From a virus: a DNA stretch of 39,078 nt. Below, in pieces: positions 17,348-25,342 of this stretch; position 1 is the stretch's first letter; the number at the start of each line of letters is the position of its first letter. Under the pieces are notes generated by a model. It made no database searches and was not told the DNA's origin. It worked only from the letters and a program-made list of their open reading frames with translations. The DNA lies in the UHGV virus genome UHGV-1859364. The stretch is one strand, 5' to 3'. The translations under genes were made by a program, and so were the position numbers.

Positions 17348-18463
17348 ATGGCTACAGCTAAAAAGTTACCTTCAGGATCTTGGAGGTGCTTAGTTTTTTC
17401 GCACTATGAAAACCTGTTCAATGAGGACGGAAGTCCTATGATTGACGAGAAGACCGGAAAGCAGAAGCGGAAAAGGATTTATGAATCGTTTACCAGTGAC
17501 TTACAGGGAAGACGTGGAAAGCGGGATGCAGAAGCTCAGGCGGCTCAGTTCCTTGCAGAGAAAGACCGGAAAAAACGCCCTGAGAACTGGACAGTGAAGG
17601 AAGCTTTTGAAAATTACATAAAGTTAAAGGATCATGTGCTGTCCGAGACTACTCTCCGTGGTTATGAGACGATCACCCGGAATCAGATCGGACAGATAGC
17701 AGATATCAGCCTCCGCAAGCTCTCGCAGGAAGACGTACAGAGCTGGATCAACATTCTGTCGGTAAAGTTATCGCCTAAGACCGTAAAGAACGCTTACGGG
17801 CTGTTTACAGCGGTCATGCGGATGTATCTGCCGGATATGCACTTCCATACCACTCTACCATCTGCAAAGACCTATGAGGGGTATGTGCCATCCGATCAGG
17901 ACATCACGGATCTGATCTGCTATATCCGGGGAACTGAACTGGAAAAAGCAGTGCTTCTCGCAGCGTTTGGAAGTCTCAGGCGTGGAGAAGTCTTCGGGCT
18001 GACGAAAGAGGATATCAAGGGGAACTCCATACGGATCAGAGAGACGAAAGTCCGGGGACGTAGTGGGATCATCAAAAAAGGTCCTAAGACACAGAGCAGC
18101 TACCGATACATTATCATGCCGGAATTTGTGATCCGAAAATTTGACGATATCGAAAGCGGTCCGCTTGTCAGGATGCACCCGGAAGATCTCTCTAAAAACT
18201 TTAAAAAAGTGCTTCGTTCTGCTGGGATTCCTGAATTTCGATACCATGATCTCAGACATTATACTGCATCCATTATGCACGCCCTGAACATTCCGGATCA
18301 GTACATCATGAAGCGTGGTGGATGGAAGTCTGACAGAGTCCTGAAAAGGGTATACCGTGGCACGATTGCACCGGAAGAAGAGAGATTTACAGACCGAATC
18401 AACGAGCATTTTACGGAAATGATGCAACACGCCATGCAACACGATAAGCGAAAAGCCTTATAA
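17348..18463 (+). CDS. int: Tyrosine integrase (phage integrase family)
   Basis: The C-terminal catalytic region HDLRHYTASIM...RGGWKSDRVLKRVYRG contains the R/H-x-x-R/Y tetrad. The start at 17348 (MATAKKL) is chosen for its AGGAGA RBS; the longer ORF from 17261 has none. Confidence 0.9.
   Translation: MATAKKLPSGSWRCLVFSHYENLFNEDGSPMIDEKTGKQKRKRIYESFTSDLQGRRGKRDAEAQAAQFLAEKDRKKRPENWTVKEAFENYIKLKDHVLSETTLRGYETITRNQIGQIADISLRKLSQEDVQSWINILSVKLSPKTVKNAYGLFTAVMRMYLPDMHFHTTLPSAKTYEGYVPSDQDITDLICYIRGTELEKAVLLAAFGSLRRGEVFGLTKEDIKGNSIRIRETKVRGRSGIIKKGPKTQSSYRYIIMPEFVIRKFDDIESGPLVRMHPEDLSKNFKKVLRSAGIPEFRYHDLRHYTASIMHALNIPDQYIMKRGGWKSDRVLKRVYRGTIAPEEERFTDRINEHFTEMMQHAMQHDKRKAL
18422..18443 (+). repeat. 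Arm-type direct repeats ATGCAACACG x2 (putative integrase P-arm sites)
   Basis: ATGCAACACGcc and ATGCAACACGat lie 12 bp apart within the int 3' end. Confidence 0.4.
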
Positions 18464-18480
18464 ATACAGCATTTTCCTGT

Positions 18481-18520
18481 AGGTTTTCTGGGTTCGATTC
18501 CCGCCAGGTCCACTTTTTCA
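18481..18520 (+). other. attP core: 3' fragment of a tRNA gene (T-arm plus acceptor 3' strand)
   Basis: GGGTTCGATTCCC is a tRNA T-loop/stem consensus, followed by a 7-nt acceptor strand CAGGTCC and a discriminator A. No D-arm or anticodon arm lies upstream. This is typical of phages that integrate into tRNA 3' ends. Confidence 0.55.
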
Positions 18521-18542
18521 AAAAGTGCGTAATTTCAAGGAT

Positions 18543-18587
18543 AGCGGAGAAAGCCTTTAAAATAAGGGTTCTCCGCTTTTTCTTTTA
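18543..18587 (+). terminator. Intrinsic terminator downstream of int/attP
   Basis: A 9-bp stem AGCGGAGAA/TTCTCCGCT is followed by TTTTTCTTTT. Confidence 0.55.
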
Positions 18588-18636
18588 CTGAAATGATTCT
18601 ATTATTTCGGACTTTTTAAGCGTATTTTACAATCTT

Positions 18637-18672
18637 ATGCAACACGAAATACGCAAAAATGCAACACGAAAA
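18637..18672 (+). repeat. Arm-type direct repeats ATGCAACACGAAA x2 (putative P'-arm sites)
   Basis: ATGCAACACGAAATACGCAAAAATGCAACACGAAAACAG. This is the same 10-mer as at 18422-18443, so the motif flanks the tRNA-like core on both sides. Confidence 0.4.
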
Positions 18673-18718
18673 CAGATGATACAATATTCAGCCCCGGAGT
18701 TACTGCTCCGGGGTGGTC

Positions 18719-19030
18719 TTATTCTCTTGTGGCATTTGCTTTGTTCTTTCCGATTTCGAGATACAATATCATCTCTTGTGGCATTTGCTTTTTTATCATC
18801 TCCCCCATTTCTTCTATTGTGATCAGATCCATGAGTTCCATCATCTTCTTGTTTAATTTTTCCGGTATTCCTAACGCTACCGCTCTCGGATAGATCATCA
18901 CAAGGCACTTCATCGGATATCTGTCTGACATCCAGTTATACGGATCATGAACACCTCCATTTAATACTTGTAGTGTTCGCTGATATATTTCTCCGATCAA
19001 TTCCACTTTTTCCCTTGTATACATAGCCAT
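18719..19030 (-). CDS. Hypothetical protein (third gene of the att-proximal accessory cassette)
   Basis: 103 aa. It is coupled to the upstream gene with a 5-nt gap and is followed by the hairpin CCCCGGAG-ttactg-CTCCGGGG. Confidence 0.5.
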   Translation of the reverse strand: MAMYTREKVELIGEIYQRTLQVLNGGVHDPYNWMSDRYPMKCLVMIYPRAVALGIPEKLNKKMMELMDLITIEEMGEMIKKQMPQEMILYLEIGKNKANATRE

Positions 19031-19035
19031 TCACC

Positions 19036-19539
19036 TCACTTTGTCCAGTTTTCTTTCATTTCAATCACATCTTTCATTACCGTTTCCGGTACGTCTTTCA
19101 TTTTTTTTAATTCTTCCTCTGTGTATCCCATTTTGCTAAGTTCTCTTGCTATCATTACCGGTGTTACTTCTTCTGGCTTTGTATTTTCGTTTTCTTTCTT
19201 CAGTTCCTCCAGTGCTGCATTCAGAGCCTTTCCGAAAACTTCTCTTGAATCTTCTTTCATTTCTTCCTGTTTAGGAACATATACAACTATAGTTTTTGTT
19301 TCTTTATCATAGCTTCCTGACTTTGTCTTACAGTCTGCATAGTTCTCTTTGTATTCACTGTATTTCATTTCTACTTCTTCACAGTTTTCTGCTTTTTCTT
19401 CGTTCATTTTCTTTTTATAGCATTCTGGGCAGAGTCCGCTTTTTCCGAAATATTTAATCTTTCTTTCACGTTCTTCTGCTTTTCCGTAAATCTGTATCTC
19501 TTCTGTATGTCCACAGCTAAACGTTACATCGTACTTCAT
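19036..19539 (-). CDS. Hypothetical zinc-ribbon protein with a K/E-rich tail
   Basis: 167 aa. The N-terminus CGH...(20)...CPEC is a putative zinc ribbon. The remainder is Lys/Glu-rich and of low complexity. It is driven by copy 1 of the duplicated promoter. Confidence 0.55.
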   Translation of the reverse strand: MKYDVTFSCGHTEEIQIYGKAEERERKIKYFGKSGLCPECYKKKMNEEKAENCEEVEMKYSEYKENYADCKTKSGSYDKETKTIVVYVPKQEEMKEDSREVFGKALNAALEELKKENENTKPEEVTPVMIARELSKMGYTEEELKKMKDVPETVMKDVIEMKENWTK

Positions 19540-19554
19540 TTCTTGCTCTCCTTT

Positions 19555-19625
19555 CTGTCCTCTCTGTAATTATAATATACACCAATTCAGTGTATATGTC
19601 AATAGTTTTTCACCATTTTAGTGTA
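19555..19625 (-). promoter_or_regulatory. Duplicated strong promoter plus operator palindrome, copy 1
   Basis: The minus strand has TTGACA (19597-19602), 17 nt, and TG-n-TATATT (19574-19579). The inverted repeat ATATACAC(19575-82)/GTGTATAT(19590-97) lies within the spacer. About 85% identical to the copy at 20100-20170. Confidence 0.6.
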
Positions 19626-19663
19626 TTTTTAAAAAAGTGAATGTGGAATCACAACCTTTCAGA

Positions 19664-20083
19664 TTACAAGCAGTACATAATATAATACGTGTTGCCATTA
19701 TCTTCGACAATTCCCCAGTCTGGAATTGCTATCTTTTCCTCTAGCATTTTTCTATACTTTTCTTGCTCTTCTTCGTCAACTCCCCATTCTTCCATGTAAT
19801 CATCGAAGTGTCTTTCAAAGTCTTCTCCTTCGAATACTACAGTGCCTCTTTTAAGTTCTTCTTCCGCTTTTCTTTTTGAATATCCATTTTTCATTAATAC
19901 TTCGATATCAGTCATCTTTTTTCCTCCTCTCAGAATCTCGGCTACAACTAGCCGTTCTACATAGTCGGGGCATTTGCTAAGCCCCTTCTCCCAATTTTCG
20001 AGACTCCTGTACGGAATCCCGAGTTTCCGGGACACGTCCTTTCTGGACATCCCCCGTGCCTTGCGAGCTTCTTCAATATTCAT
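19664..20083 (-). CDS. HTH-domain protein (candidate regulator of the cassette) with an acidic C-terminal domain
   Basis: 139 aa. The N-terminal HTH is MSRKDVSRKLGIPYRSLENWEKG. It is driven by copy 2 of the duplicated promoter. Confidence 0.6.
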   Translation of the reverse strand: MNIEEARKARGMSRKDVSRKLGIPYRSLENWEKGLSKCPDYVERLVVAEILRGGKKMTDIEVLMKNGYSKRKAEEELKRGTVVFEGEDFERHFDDYMEEWGVDEEEQEKYRKMLEEKIAIPDWGIVEDNGNTYYIMYCL

Positions 20084-20099
20084 CGCTTCGCTCTCCTTT

Positions 20100-20170
20100 C
20101 TTTCCTCTCTGCAATTATAATATACACTAAATTGGTGTATATGTCAATTGTTTTTCACTAATTTAGTGTG
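20100..20170 (-). promoter_or_regulatory. Duplicated strong promoter plus operator palindrome, copy 2
   Basis: TTGACA (20142-20147), 17 nt, and TG-n-TATATT (20119-20124). The inverted repeat ATATACAC(20120-27)/GTGTATAT(20135-42) is present, and the 5'UTR/RBS resembles copy 1. Confidence 0.6.
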
Positions 20171-20179
20171 TTTTAGAGC

Positions 20180-20211
20180 AAAAAAATAAGGCCGGAGAAA
20201 CCTCCGACCTT
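20180..20211 (-). terminator. Intrinsic terminator ending the late/lysis operon
   Basis: The minus strand has the hairpin AAGGTCGGAG-gttt-CTCCGGCCTT followed by U7 (A7 on plus at 20180-20186). It lies 10 nt after the endolysin stop. Confidence 0.55.
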
Positions 20212-20221
20212 GTTAATCATT

Positions 20222-21133
20222 TCAGAACAACTGGAATCTGTCAACTTTCTTCCCAAAGCTTCCGGCATATCCATCCTGTCCACCGCCTGTCTCATTATTG
20301 TACTGCCAGTCATAGTAGTTGCCGTTCACGGGACTGACTCTGTACTGTGCTTTCTGACTGCTGCCATCCGGGGCAATATAGATCACCTCGATAGCATCAA
20401 TCGGCTTACCGTTTCCGGCATATCCATTTACCGGATCAGCCCAGTTGAACCCGCTCACGTATGGCAGCCACTTTCCACCCAGAACATGAACACGGTATTC
20501 GACTTTTCCCACGTTACACATGATTGCAACGTCTGTGATCGCCTTTCCCCTGACTCCTGCATAATCGGCAAGATTCTTCACGGATGGATACGTTTTTCCC
20601 CCGGCTTTCACGCAGTAGGTAAATACTACTGCCGCATTATAGTGTCCTCCTGATGGTTTGGCAGTCTCTTTCGGACCAGAAGCTGTTCCCTGTCCGTAAT
20701 CAATATCACAGAGCTTCAGAAGATGCGTGAATCCATTCTGTGACAGATTGGCGATCCGCACACCGTAAGCTGATCCATCAGCAGCAATGTACTGATCATT
20801 TCCGAGATAGATTCCAATATGCCCATTCATCCATACTGCCCAGCCGATATGCGCATCAGATCTTTTGCTGATCTGGATCACCTCAACCGCTGTACTCTTA
20901 TACTGTCCTGATCCCCGGACAATGCCGGTATACCAGCTAATCAGACCGGAACAGTCTACGCATACCCTTCCAGCTTTCTTATCATCTGATTTCCATACAC
21001 AATTAGATCCATACATTTTCCGGAGTGCCTGGATCTTTGCCAGACTCATCACTGTACCCTTTGCCCCATATACATAGGGTGTTCCGATCTTACTTTTTGC
21101 AAATGCGATTAATCCTGCTGCTGTCTTACTCAT
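20222..21133 (-). CDS. Endolysin, NlpC/P60-family peptidase with C-terminal repeat (wall-binding) region
   Basis: Catalytic Cys in VDCSGLISW and His in NGHIGIY. The C-terminus has repeated YRV...G modules. It is last in the lysis cassette. Confidence 0.8.
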   Translation of the reverse strand: MSKTAAGLIAFAKSKIGTPYVYGAKGTVMSLAKIQALRKMYGSNCVWKSDDKKAGRVCVDCSGLISWYTGIVRGSGQYKSTAVEVIQISKRSDAHIGWAVWMNGHIGIYLGNDQYIAADGSAYGVRIANLSQNGFTHLLKLCDIDYGQGTASGPKETAKPSGGHYNAAVVFTYCVKAGGKTYPSVKNLADYAGVRGKAITDVAIMCNVGKVEYRVHVLGGKWLPYVSGFNWADPVNGYAGNGKPIDAIEVIYIAPDGSSQKAQYRVSPVNGNYYDWQYNNETGGGQDGYAGSFGKKVDRFQLF

Positions 21134-21163
21134 ATTTTTCTCCCTTCCTGCACCGGTGCAAAC

Positions 21164-21487
21164 TTAGTTCTTCTTATATTTATTGCGATTCCACATTTCT
21201 GTCACGCGTTCCCAGCCACCTGTACTGACCAGGTAAACTATAAAAGCGGCAACGAATGATGCAAAAATGTAATACCACTCAATTACTATCTGATAATAGG
21301 TACACAAGACGATTACTGCTACTGGTGTCAGGATCAGTGATGTGATCAGTGCCACAACATTCGTCTGCACTTTTTTCAGTGCCGGCATCTCCTTGATTGC
21401 CTGTACGATCACGCTGACCAAGAAAGCCAGCACTCCAATTCCTGTCAATATGTAACTCATATACTGCATTAATATTTCAATGTTCAT
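21164..21487 (-). CDS. Holin
   Basis: 107 aa with three predicted TM helices and a charged C-terminus (NRNKYKKN). It lies between XhlA and the endolysin. Confidence 0.7.
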   Translation of the reverse strand: MNIEILMQYMSYILTGIGVLAFLVSVIVQAIKEMPALKKVQTNVVALITSLILTPVAVIVLCTYYQIVIEWYYIFASFVAAFIVYLVSTGGWERVTEMWNRNKYKKN

Positions 21488-21499
21488 AGTTAGTCTCCT

Positions 21500-21811
21500 T
21501 TATTTCAATCCAAATTTCATTGCCACTGCACCAAGAACAAGACCGAGGACAGTTGTAAGGACGTATTTTACAGCTGTTCTCCACATATCTCCATCTCGAC
21601 TTTCTAATGTTTCCAAGCGTTTCCCCTGCTGCTTCTGCTCGCCTACCATAAGCTCAATGCTCTGTGCCAGCTTCTCGACCGACACAGTAAGCGAATTGAT
21701 CTGCTGTGTAATCTTCTCCAACACTTCAATCCTCTTGTTCTGACGATGGTTCTCGTCTTCGATCCGCTTCTTGAACTCTTCGTGTTCCGCCCTTGTAATT
21801 ACGTCATCCAT
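21500..21811 (-). CDS. XhlA-family lysis-associated protein
   Basis: The start MDDVITRAEHEEFKKRIEDENH has an AGGAGGTG RBS 6 nt upstream. A coiled coil is followed by a C-terminal TM helix (VLTTVLGLVLGAVAM). It lies immediately before the holin, as in PBSX xhlA-xhlB-xlyA. Confidence 0.6.
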   Translation of the reverse strand: MDDVITRAEHEEFKKRIEDENHRQNKRIEVLEKITQQINSLTVSVEKLAQSIELMVGEQKQQGKRLETLESRDGDMWRTAVKYVLTTVLGLVLGAVAMKFGLK

Positions 21812-21843
21812 CTTTCTCACCTCCTTTGCATTTAAAGCCAAAA

Positions 21844-22968
21844 TCATCCGATTGCGAACACCGGGCGGATCCCGTAAGTGCTTGTAGCTGCATCTGTACT
21901 GGCATCTCCGTATTGCGACATCAGGGTGTATGTCTGCGATCCTGCCACATTTCTTAACCAATAATTCTGTCCGATACTTTTTAATTCCGGACATAATCGG
22001 AACAATGATAATTGCTGTGTATCAGATGTCTGCCTATTATTGCCATCGGCATAAATATAAGTCCCATGCACCATTACTTCGTTCATGAGATCTACAGATG
22101 TACTGACCCATGATCCGTCAGAAAACATCTTATGGGTTAGCAATAAACTTTTAAATGCGTCCGGCAGCGAGTTAGCTACTTGATTTAACCGCACAGTTTT
22201 CATTATCGAACTTTTGTAGCCACCTGATGTACTGTTGCTTGTATGCATCTGTCCGCTCCCTAATATAGTATCCGGGACTATTAATATATGGGGTTTTTGT
22301 ACTTTTTCTGATTCTGGATAACTTACATTTTTCCAGTAATTGATGTCTGCTATCCGATATTTCACCCCATCCTTTTCCCAGTAATCACCAACATACAAAT
22401 CCTTGAAGCTTCCATCTCGAATTGTAGCCAGCTGTTCTGCTGTGATCGACTTGCCCAAGGATTTTCCCCGGAAGATGTTGCGGTGCATTTCCGTTGACGG
22501 TGCCGTCTGCATATATACGCTGACTGCCTGACCTACCATCTCAGCGGTAGCAGCAAACTTTCCAGCCTCTGCATCCTCCCGGACTGACTGGGCGATCTGT
22601 TTAGTCTCATCCATCTTGTTAAGGATCTGCTGCCATACAGTCGGCTCAGGATCGGATGGAGTGCCACCGCTTAAGGTTGCCAGAATCGTAAAGCTCTTGA
22701 TATCCGTCGTGATGACAGTATCACCGAGCACGCCGGATACAGATACACCGACTCGACCAGGTGCGGCAAGAGCCTCTGTTGGCACGGTACAAGCATCATC
22801 TTTCAACAGCTGTGAATAGGTATTACCTGCTCCCCGGAAGAAAGCCGTCTTCGTCATTCCATCCCATTCCTCTGAGAAGCTGAACTCTGCTTTCAGATAC
22901 TCCCTTGTTCCCTCTGCTGTCTCAGGCGGCTCAAGATAGAGCCGCTGATTTACTACTTTGATTTTCAT
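21844..22968 (-). CDS. Tail-tip / cell-surface binding protein in the XepA position (putative receptor-binding or lysis-accessory protein)
   Basis: 374 aa lying between XkdX-like and XhlA-like genes, mirroring PBSX xkdX-xepA-xhlA. No catalytic motif was recognised. Confidence 0.4.
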   Translation of the reverse strand: MKIKVVNQRLYLEPPETAEGTREYLKAEFSFSEEWDGMTKTAFFRGAGNTYSQLLKDDACTVPTEALAAPGRVGVSVSGVLGDTVITTDIKSFTILATLSGGTPSDPEPTVWQQILNKMDETKQIAQSVREDAEAGKFAATAEMVGQAVSVYMQTAPSTEMHRNIFRGKSLGKSITAEQLATIRDGSFKDLYVGDYWEKDGVKYRIADINYWKNVSYPESEKVQKPHILIVPDTILGSGQMHTSNSTSGGYKSSIMKTVRLNQVANSLPDAFKSLLLTHKMFSDGSWVSTSVDLMNEVMVHGTYIYADGNNRQTSDTQQLSLFRLCPELKSIGQNYWLRNVAGSQTYTLMSQYGDASTDAATSTYGIRPVFAIG

Positions 22969-23168
22969 GCTTTTTCCTCATCCTCTTTTACAAGCTCCGT
23001 CATACCGGAATCCTCCAGGATCTCTTTTACCTTGTCCTTTAACAGCCGTGGAACCTGTCCATACGTCTTCTTTCCTAAGATAATCTGCTGTGCCCATAAC
23101 ATTGCCATCATTTCTTTTCCTTCCTTTCCTATGATATATGTAAGTATATTGGTTATTAGAGTTACCAT
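22965..23168 (-). CDS. XkdX-like small phage protein
   Basis: 67 aa; core MMAMLWAQQIILGKKTYGQVPRLLKDKVKEIL. Its size and position after the XkdW-like gene fit the XkdX family. Confidence 0.4.
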   Translation of the reverse strand: MVTLITNILTYIIGKEGKEMMAMLWAQQIILGKKTYGQVPRLLKDKVKEILEDSGMTELVKEDEEKA

Positions 23169-23169
23169 T

Positions 23170-23568
23170 TTACTGATACACCTGTTCGGACATTTCCAAG
23201 ATGCATCCTTTCAACATTTCCATCTGTTCTTTCAGATCAAAATTTTCTTTAATCAGTGCCTCCATCTTTTCTGCCACTGTCTCTCCCGGCTTTGACAGGA
23301 TGATGCCCGTGATACCGGCTGTATATTTAGTGATTCCCTCAAGAGTGGTATACCCCTCATATTCTCCAACCGTCTGACTACGCTCGGAAATGACCATTTT
23401 CCGGGTCTTCAGCTCATCCCCGAACATTCCCCGGAGATCCTCTTCCGTGGCTGATACGGTCTTGATCAGCAGTGTGCCGTCACATTGGATGGACGCTGAC
23501 TGGATCTGCAGGTCTGTTCCGTCATTGTATGTAAGTATCATGTCGCCACCTCCTAATCTACCAGCCAT
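23170..23568 (-). CDS. Hypothetical tail protein (XkdW-like position)
   Basis: 132 aa, in the tail-tip gene cluster. Confidence 0.4.
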   Translation of the reverse strand: MAGRLGGGDMILTYNDGTDLQIQSASIQCDGTLLIKTVSATEEDLRGMFGDELKTRKMVISERSQTVGEYEGYTTLEGITKYTAGITGIILSKPGETVAEKMEALIKENFDLKEQMEMLKGCILEMSEQVYQ

Positions 23569-24368
23569 GCAATCTGCGAACAGATATAACCGTTATACTG
23601 CATCTGCACGTTGGCTCCACGGAAAAGTCCTACCTTTCCTGTTCCCATGCTTGCCGGTGTTACGGAAATAAAAAAGTCCGGATAGGTCTGCCCTCGTACT
23701 ACTGCCGGTGCGAATACATAATTCGCCGGACGGTCACCCGCCGCAAGATTAACGATTGTTCCGTCTGCTGCGGAACTGGTGTCCACAAGATTCAGGATCC
23801 TTAACTTTCCCATCCGCTGCAGCCGCACTCCTGATTTCAGTGTCTCCGTAGATGGGGTCATGTCTTCCTGCATCGTAGCCATTGACGGCAGCACTTCTAA
23901 TAGCTTTTTCACTTCCGTCACATTGATTCCATCCAATGTAATCTCAAATACCGGGCAATCATCCACAAGATCACCCTCCTGCAGATTTCCTTTTGTATAT
24001 ACAGGAACTGTAGGTGTTCCGCTTGTTGGCGTTCCCATAATATACAGCCATTCACCTGTCTCGATACCGGTCTCTTTATTCCGGGTATACCGGTTTACGA
24101 CCAGGTCTTTTCTCTTCATTCCCTGTGTTCCGTTCGTGATCGTGACCTCATCATAAGTACCAATCTTCACAGCTGATACATTCCCGTGATGTGCCATGAT
24201 TCCGCTTCGGATCTTAAGCAGATTATTCGATGTTAATTCCGGTTCAAGATTTTCCCCGGAAGTCAGAATGCAGCTCCCCTGCCCGATCGTTCCCTCAAGG
24301 ATCTGCCGGAACTGCTGACTGGTAACGTGAGGACTGCCGGTCTTTCCTGATACTATCTCCATGTTCAA
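23553..24368 (-). CDS. Tail/baseplate protein (putative fibre or upper baseplate component)
   Basis: 271 aa, downstream of the Tal-like gene. Confidence 0.45.
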   Translation of the reverse strand: MNMEIVSGKTGSPHVTSQQFRQILEGTIGQGSCILTSGENLEPELTSNNLLKIRSGIMAHHGNVSAVKIGTYDEVTITNGTQGMKRKDLVVNRYTRNKETGIETGEWLYIMGTPTSGTPTVPVYTKGNLQEGDLVDDCPVFEITLDGINVTEVKKLLEVLPSMATMQEDMTPSTETLKSGVRLQRMGKLRILNLVDTSSAADGTIVNLAAGDRPANYVFAPAVVRGQTYPDFFISVTPASMGTGKVGLFRGANVQMQYNGYICSQIAWLVD

Positions 24369-25342
24369 TCTCCTTCCAATTTATATTCTTTTGATATGAT
24401 TCCATTTGTGACACTGTAAACGATATTTCCGACTGATTTTTTCATTGCCATCCCTGTAAGGTAATCTCTGCCACCGATGACATCACCGATCGCCACATCA
24501 ATTCCCAATTTTTCAATATCCATATCGAATGCCTTTTTATTGCAGATTTCTTTCAACTTTTCCACTGCTTTCGACTTAAGCTCCGCTGTCCCCGTTGACG
24601 TATTTTCGTAAACTTCCGCAATCTCATCCAGACCTATATAGTAAGGCTCTTCCCGAAAAGATCCGTCCGGCCAGACATACAGATGGTATACAGTACGATC
24701 AGCAAGCTCCCCTTTTCCAGCTACGATCAGATGATTGATTCCGTTCCGACTGTCTTTCATCGTATAGTTCAGGCTGCAGTCTTTTGATAATTCCACCTGA
24801 TCCGAATGATCTACAACCGGCACGGCACTGATCAGAACGTATCCGGGAATCCCTTCCTCTCGTTTGTGCCGGATCTCTAATCTGTACCCCTTACTTGCGA
24901 GCATTTCTACAATTCCATCGAGCAAGGTGCAATATCGGTCAAACTGGTAGTTGCTCACAGACACCCCGGTATTTTCCTGACTGACTACAAAAAGTCCATC
25001 AAATTCCGGGTCGATCAGCGTCTTCAACACTTCATTCAGTTCCCCGGATACTTTTTTATAATCACTTCCGGCTGGTGGCTGGATAATTTTATGCTCCAGC
25101 ATTCCACGCCACGTATAGCCTTTCAGCTCCACGTAGTCCAGAGTTGTATCTGTCAGTACACTTCCTATGATTCCGCCATATTCCGTATCCGGGACGTACA
25201 CCAACGCATCAAATGTCAGCGACTGTGTCCAGTAGCAGCGTGCAATCTGCACTGTAAACATCTTTTTGTTGTTGACATCAAATTCAACATTTGCGTTCTT
25301 CAGACTTCCGATTTCTCTTTGTGCATCTGCCAAAATCACCAT
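24365..25342 (-). CDS. Tail-associated protein (Tal-like, prophage tail N-terminal-domain type)
   Basis: 325 aa lying immediately after Dit, in the order TMP-Dit-Tal. Confidence 0.45.
   Translation of the reverse strand: MVILADAQREIGSLKNANVEFDVNNKKMFTVQIARCYWTQSLTFDALVYVPDTEYGGIIGSVLTDTTLDYVELKGYTWRGMLEHKIIQPPAGSDYKKVSGELNEVLKTLIDPEFDGLFVVSQENTGVSVSNYQFDRYCTLLDGIVEMLASKGYRLEIRHKREEGIPGYVLISAVPVVDHSDQVELSKDCSLNYTMKDSRNGINHLIVAGKGELADRTVYHLYVWPDGSFREEPYYIGLDEIAEVYENTSTGTAELKSKAVEKLKEICNKKAFDMDIEKLGIDVAIGDVIGGRDYLTGMAMKKSVGNIVYSVTNGIISKEYKLEGD

Noticed and set aside
18298-18513. ORF-track entry (71 aa, minus) overlapping the tRNA-like segment
   Set aside because: It begins MDLAGIEP, the characteristic antisense translation of a tRNA T-arm, so it is an artefact. 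Only a 3' tRNA fragment is present: no D-arm or anticodon arm, so no tRNA gene is called.
19555-20170. Two near-identical ~80-bp repeats that could be mistaken for a CRISPR-like or IS terminal repeat
   Set aside because: There are only two copies, each positioned as the promoter plus 5'UTR of a gene and containing -35/-10 elements. There is no repeat-spacer periodicity and no transposase.
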